Below, piece after piece: positions 63,100-64,000 of a stretch of DNA of 64,000 nucleotides. This DNA is from Dimorphilus gyrociliatus (lineage: Eukaryota; Animalia; Annelida). Position 1 is the first letter of the stretch; every line of letters begins with the position of its first letter. Location of the stretch: contig CAJFCJ010000060.1 in assembly GCA_904063045.1 (NCBI GenBank), positions 1 to 64,000 on the forward strand. The letters run 5' to 3'. The notes below the pieces were generated by a model. That model worked only from the letters and a program-made list of their open reading frames with translations, was not told the DNA's origin and ran no database searches. A program made the position numbers and the translations under genes.

Positions 63100-64000
63100 A
63101 AATGAAAAAGCTTTTGTATGTGCAATTTGTTTAGATTCTTGGATAGGGAATGATCCTAGGATTTAATTACCATAAGAAGTGTGTTGGTGGTTAGTTTTTG
63201 TTGAAGAAAGCTTATTTGAAAAACAACCAATCAGTATTAAATTTTTAGATTCCACTAAATTTGAAGTTATAAAATATGGTAGCCAGAAAGGAGAGAATTT
63301 ACTAGTTCACAATGGCTTTTCTTTCAATATAAAATTTAAAACAAAGGAGAGAACTGTATGAATTTGCAGCAGAAGAAATAAAAATCAAAGATGTCCTGCT
63401 AGTGTTAATCAACAAGGCAGTATCTTTGCTAAAGGAAGTCAACAGCATAATCACGATGGAAAAAGAGATCTACAAGTTGGTGTTGCAATAAAAAGGGAAT
63501 TGAAAAACTTATGCTAAAAAGATTTGGCTATAAGTGGAAGGAAGCTGGCTGAAACAGTTCTTTTTAATAACCAGGATAATACTGATTTTCTACCAAACCT
63601 GCAATATTTAGAAAGGATGGCCAATTCAACCAGGTAAACAAAGAGGCCAATGGAACCAAATGATTATGACTTTGAATTAAATATGGATTTTATATTAGAC
63701 AACTTTCTAAAGAAAAACATCTGTGAAAACAATGAAAGGATTCTTATATTTGGAACAGACTATTAGTTTGAATTCTTGAGTAAATCAGTGCATTGGTTTG
63801 TTGATGGAACATTTAAAATTGTAAAAAAAAACCATTTTACCAATTATTGACTATCCAATCTTATGTGAAAAAGAATGGCAACATGAAACATGTGCCTCTG
63901 GCCTTCATTTTCATGACATTGAAACACAAGAGAGCTTATAAATTGGCAGTTAAGGTAAGTGTAATAACTAATTATATTTTTAGTTTATTAACTTTTAAAT
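63100..64000 (+). mobile_element. Another degenerate FLYWCH-MULE family, running off the window end
   Basis: CAICLD zinc-finger piece, GSQKGENLLVHNGF...ICSRR...CPA...HNH, WFVDGTFK, VPLAFIFM. Confidence 0.8.

Overview
AT-rich animal genomic DNA, probably an invertebrate: spliceosomal introns are short and the genetic code is standard. No rRNA, tRNA or CRISPR features were found. The window is a transposon-dense region interleaved with cell-surface and immune-type genes. Host genes are an intronless NIDO-TIG-AMOP-VWD-Sushi (SUSD2/Mesh-like) gene, a secreted PAN/apple protein, an ADAMTS-like M12B metalloprotease, two LDLa/LRR-type (GRL101/LGR-like) GPCR paralogues plus a third relic, and NACHT-LRR relics. 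Mobile DNA includes Tc1, mariner, several FLYWCH-MULE families and many LTRs. Three observations stand out. (1) A radiation of Ty3/Gypsy retrotransposons (two long copies at 33.9-39.7 kb and 49.7-57.4 kb, plus at least five fragments) carries a ~790-aa envelope-like protein with class III fusogen (rhabdovirus G / herpes gB-type) motifs, encoded in frame with Pol. (2) One of these has three tandem SUMO-interacting-motif-like repeats between protease and RT. (3) Both GPCR paralogues end in a conserved, spliced, catalytically dead kinase-like C-terminal domain. All assignments come from motif reading by eye; no searches were run.
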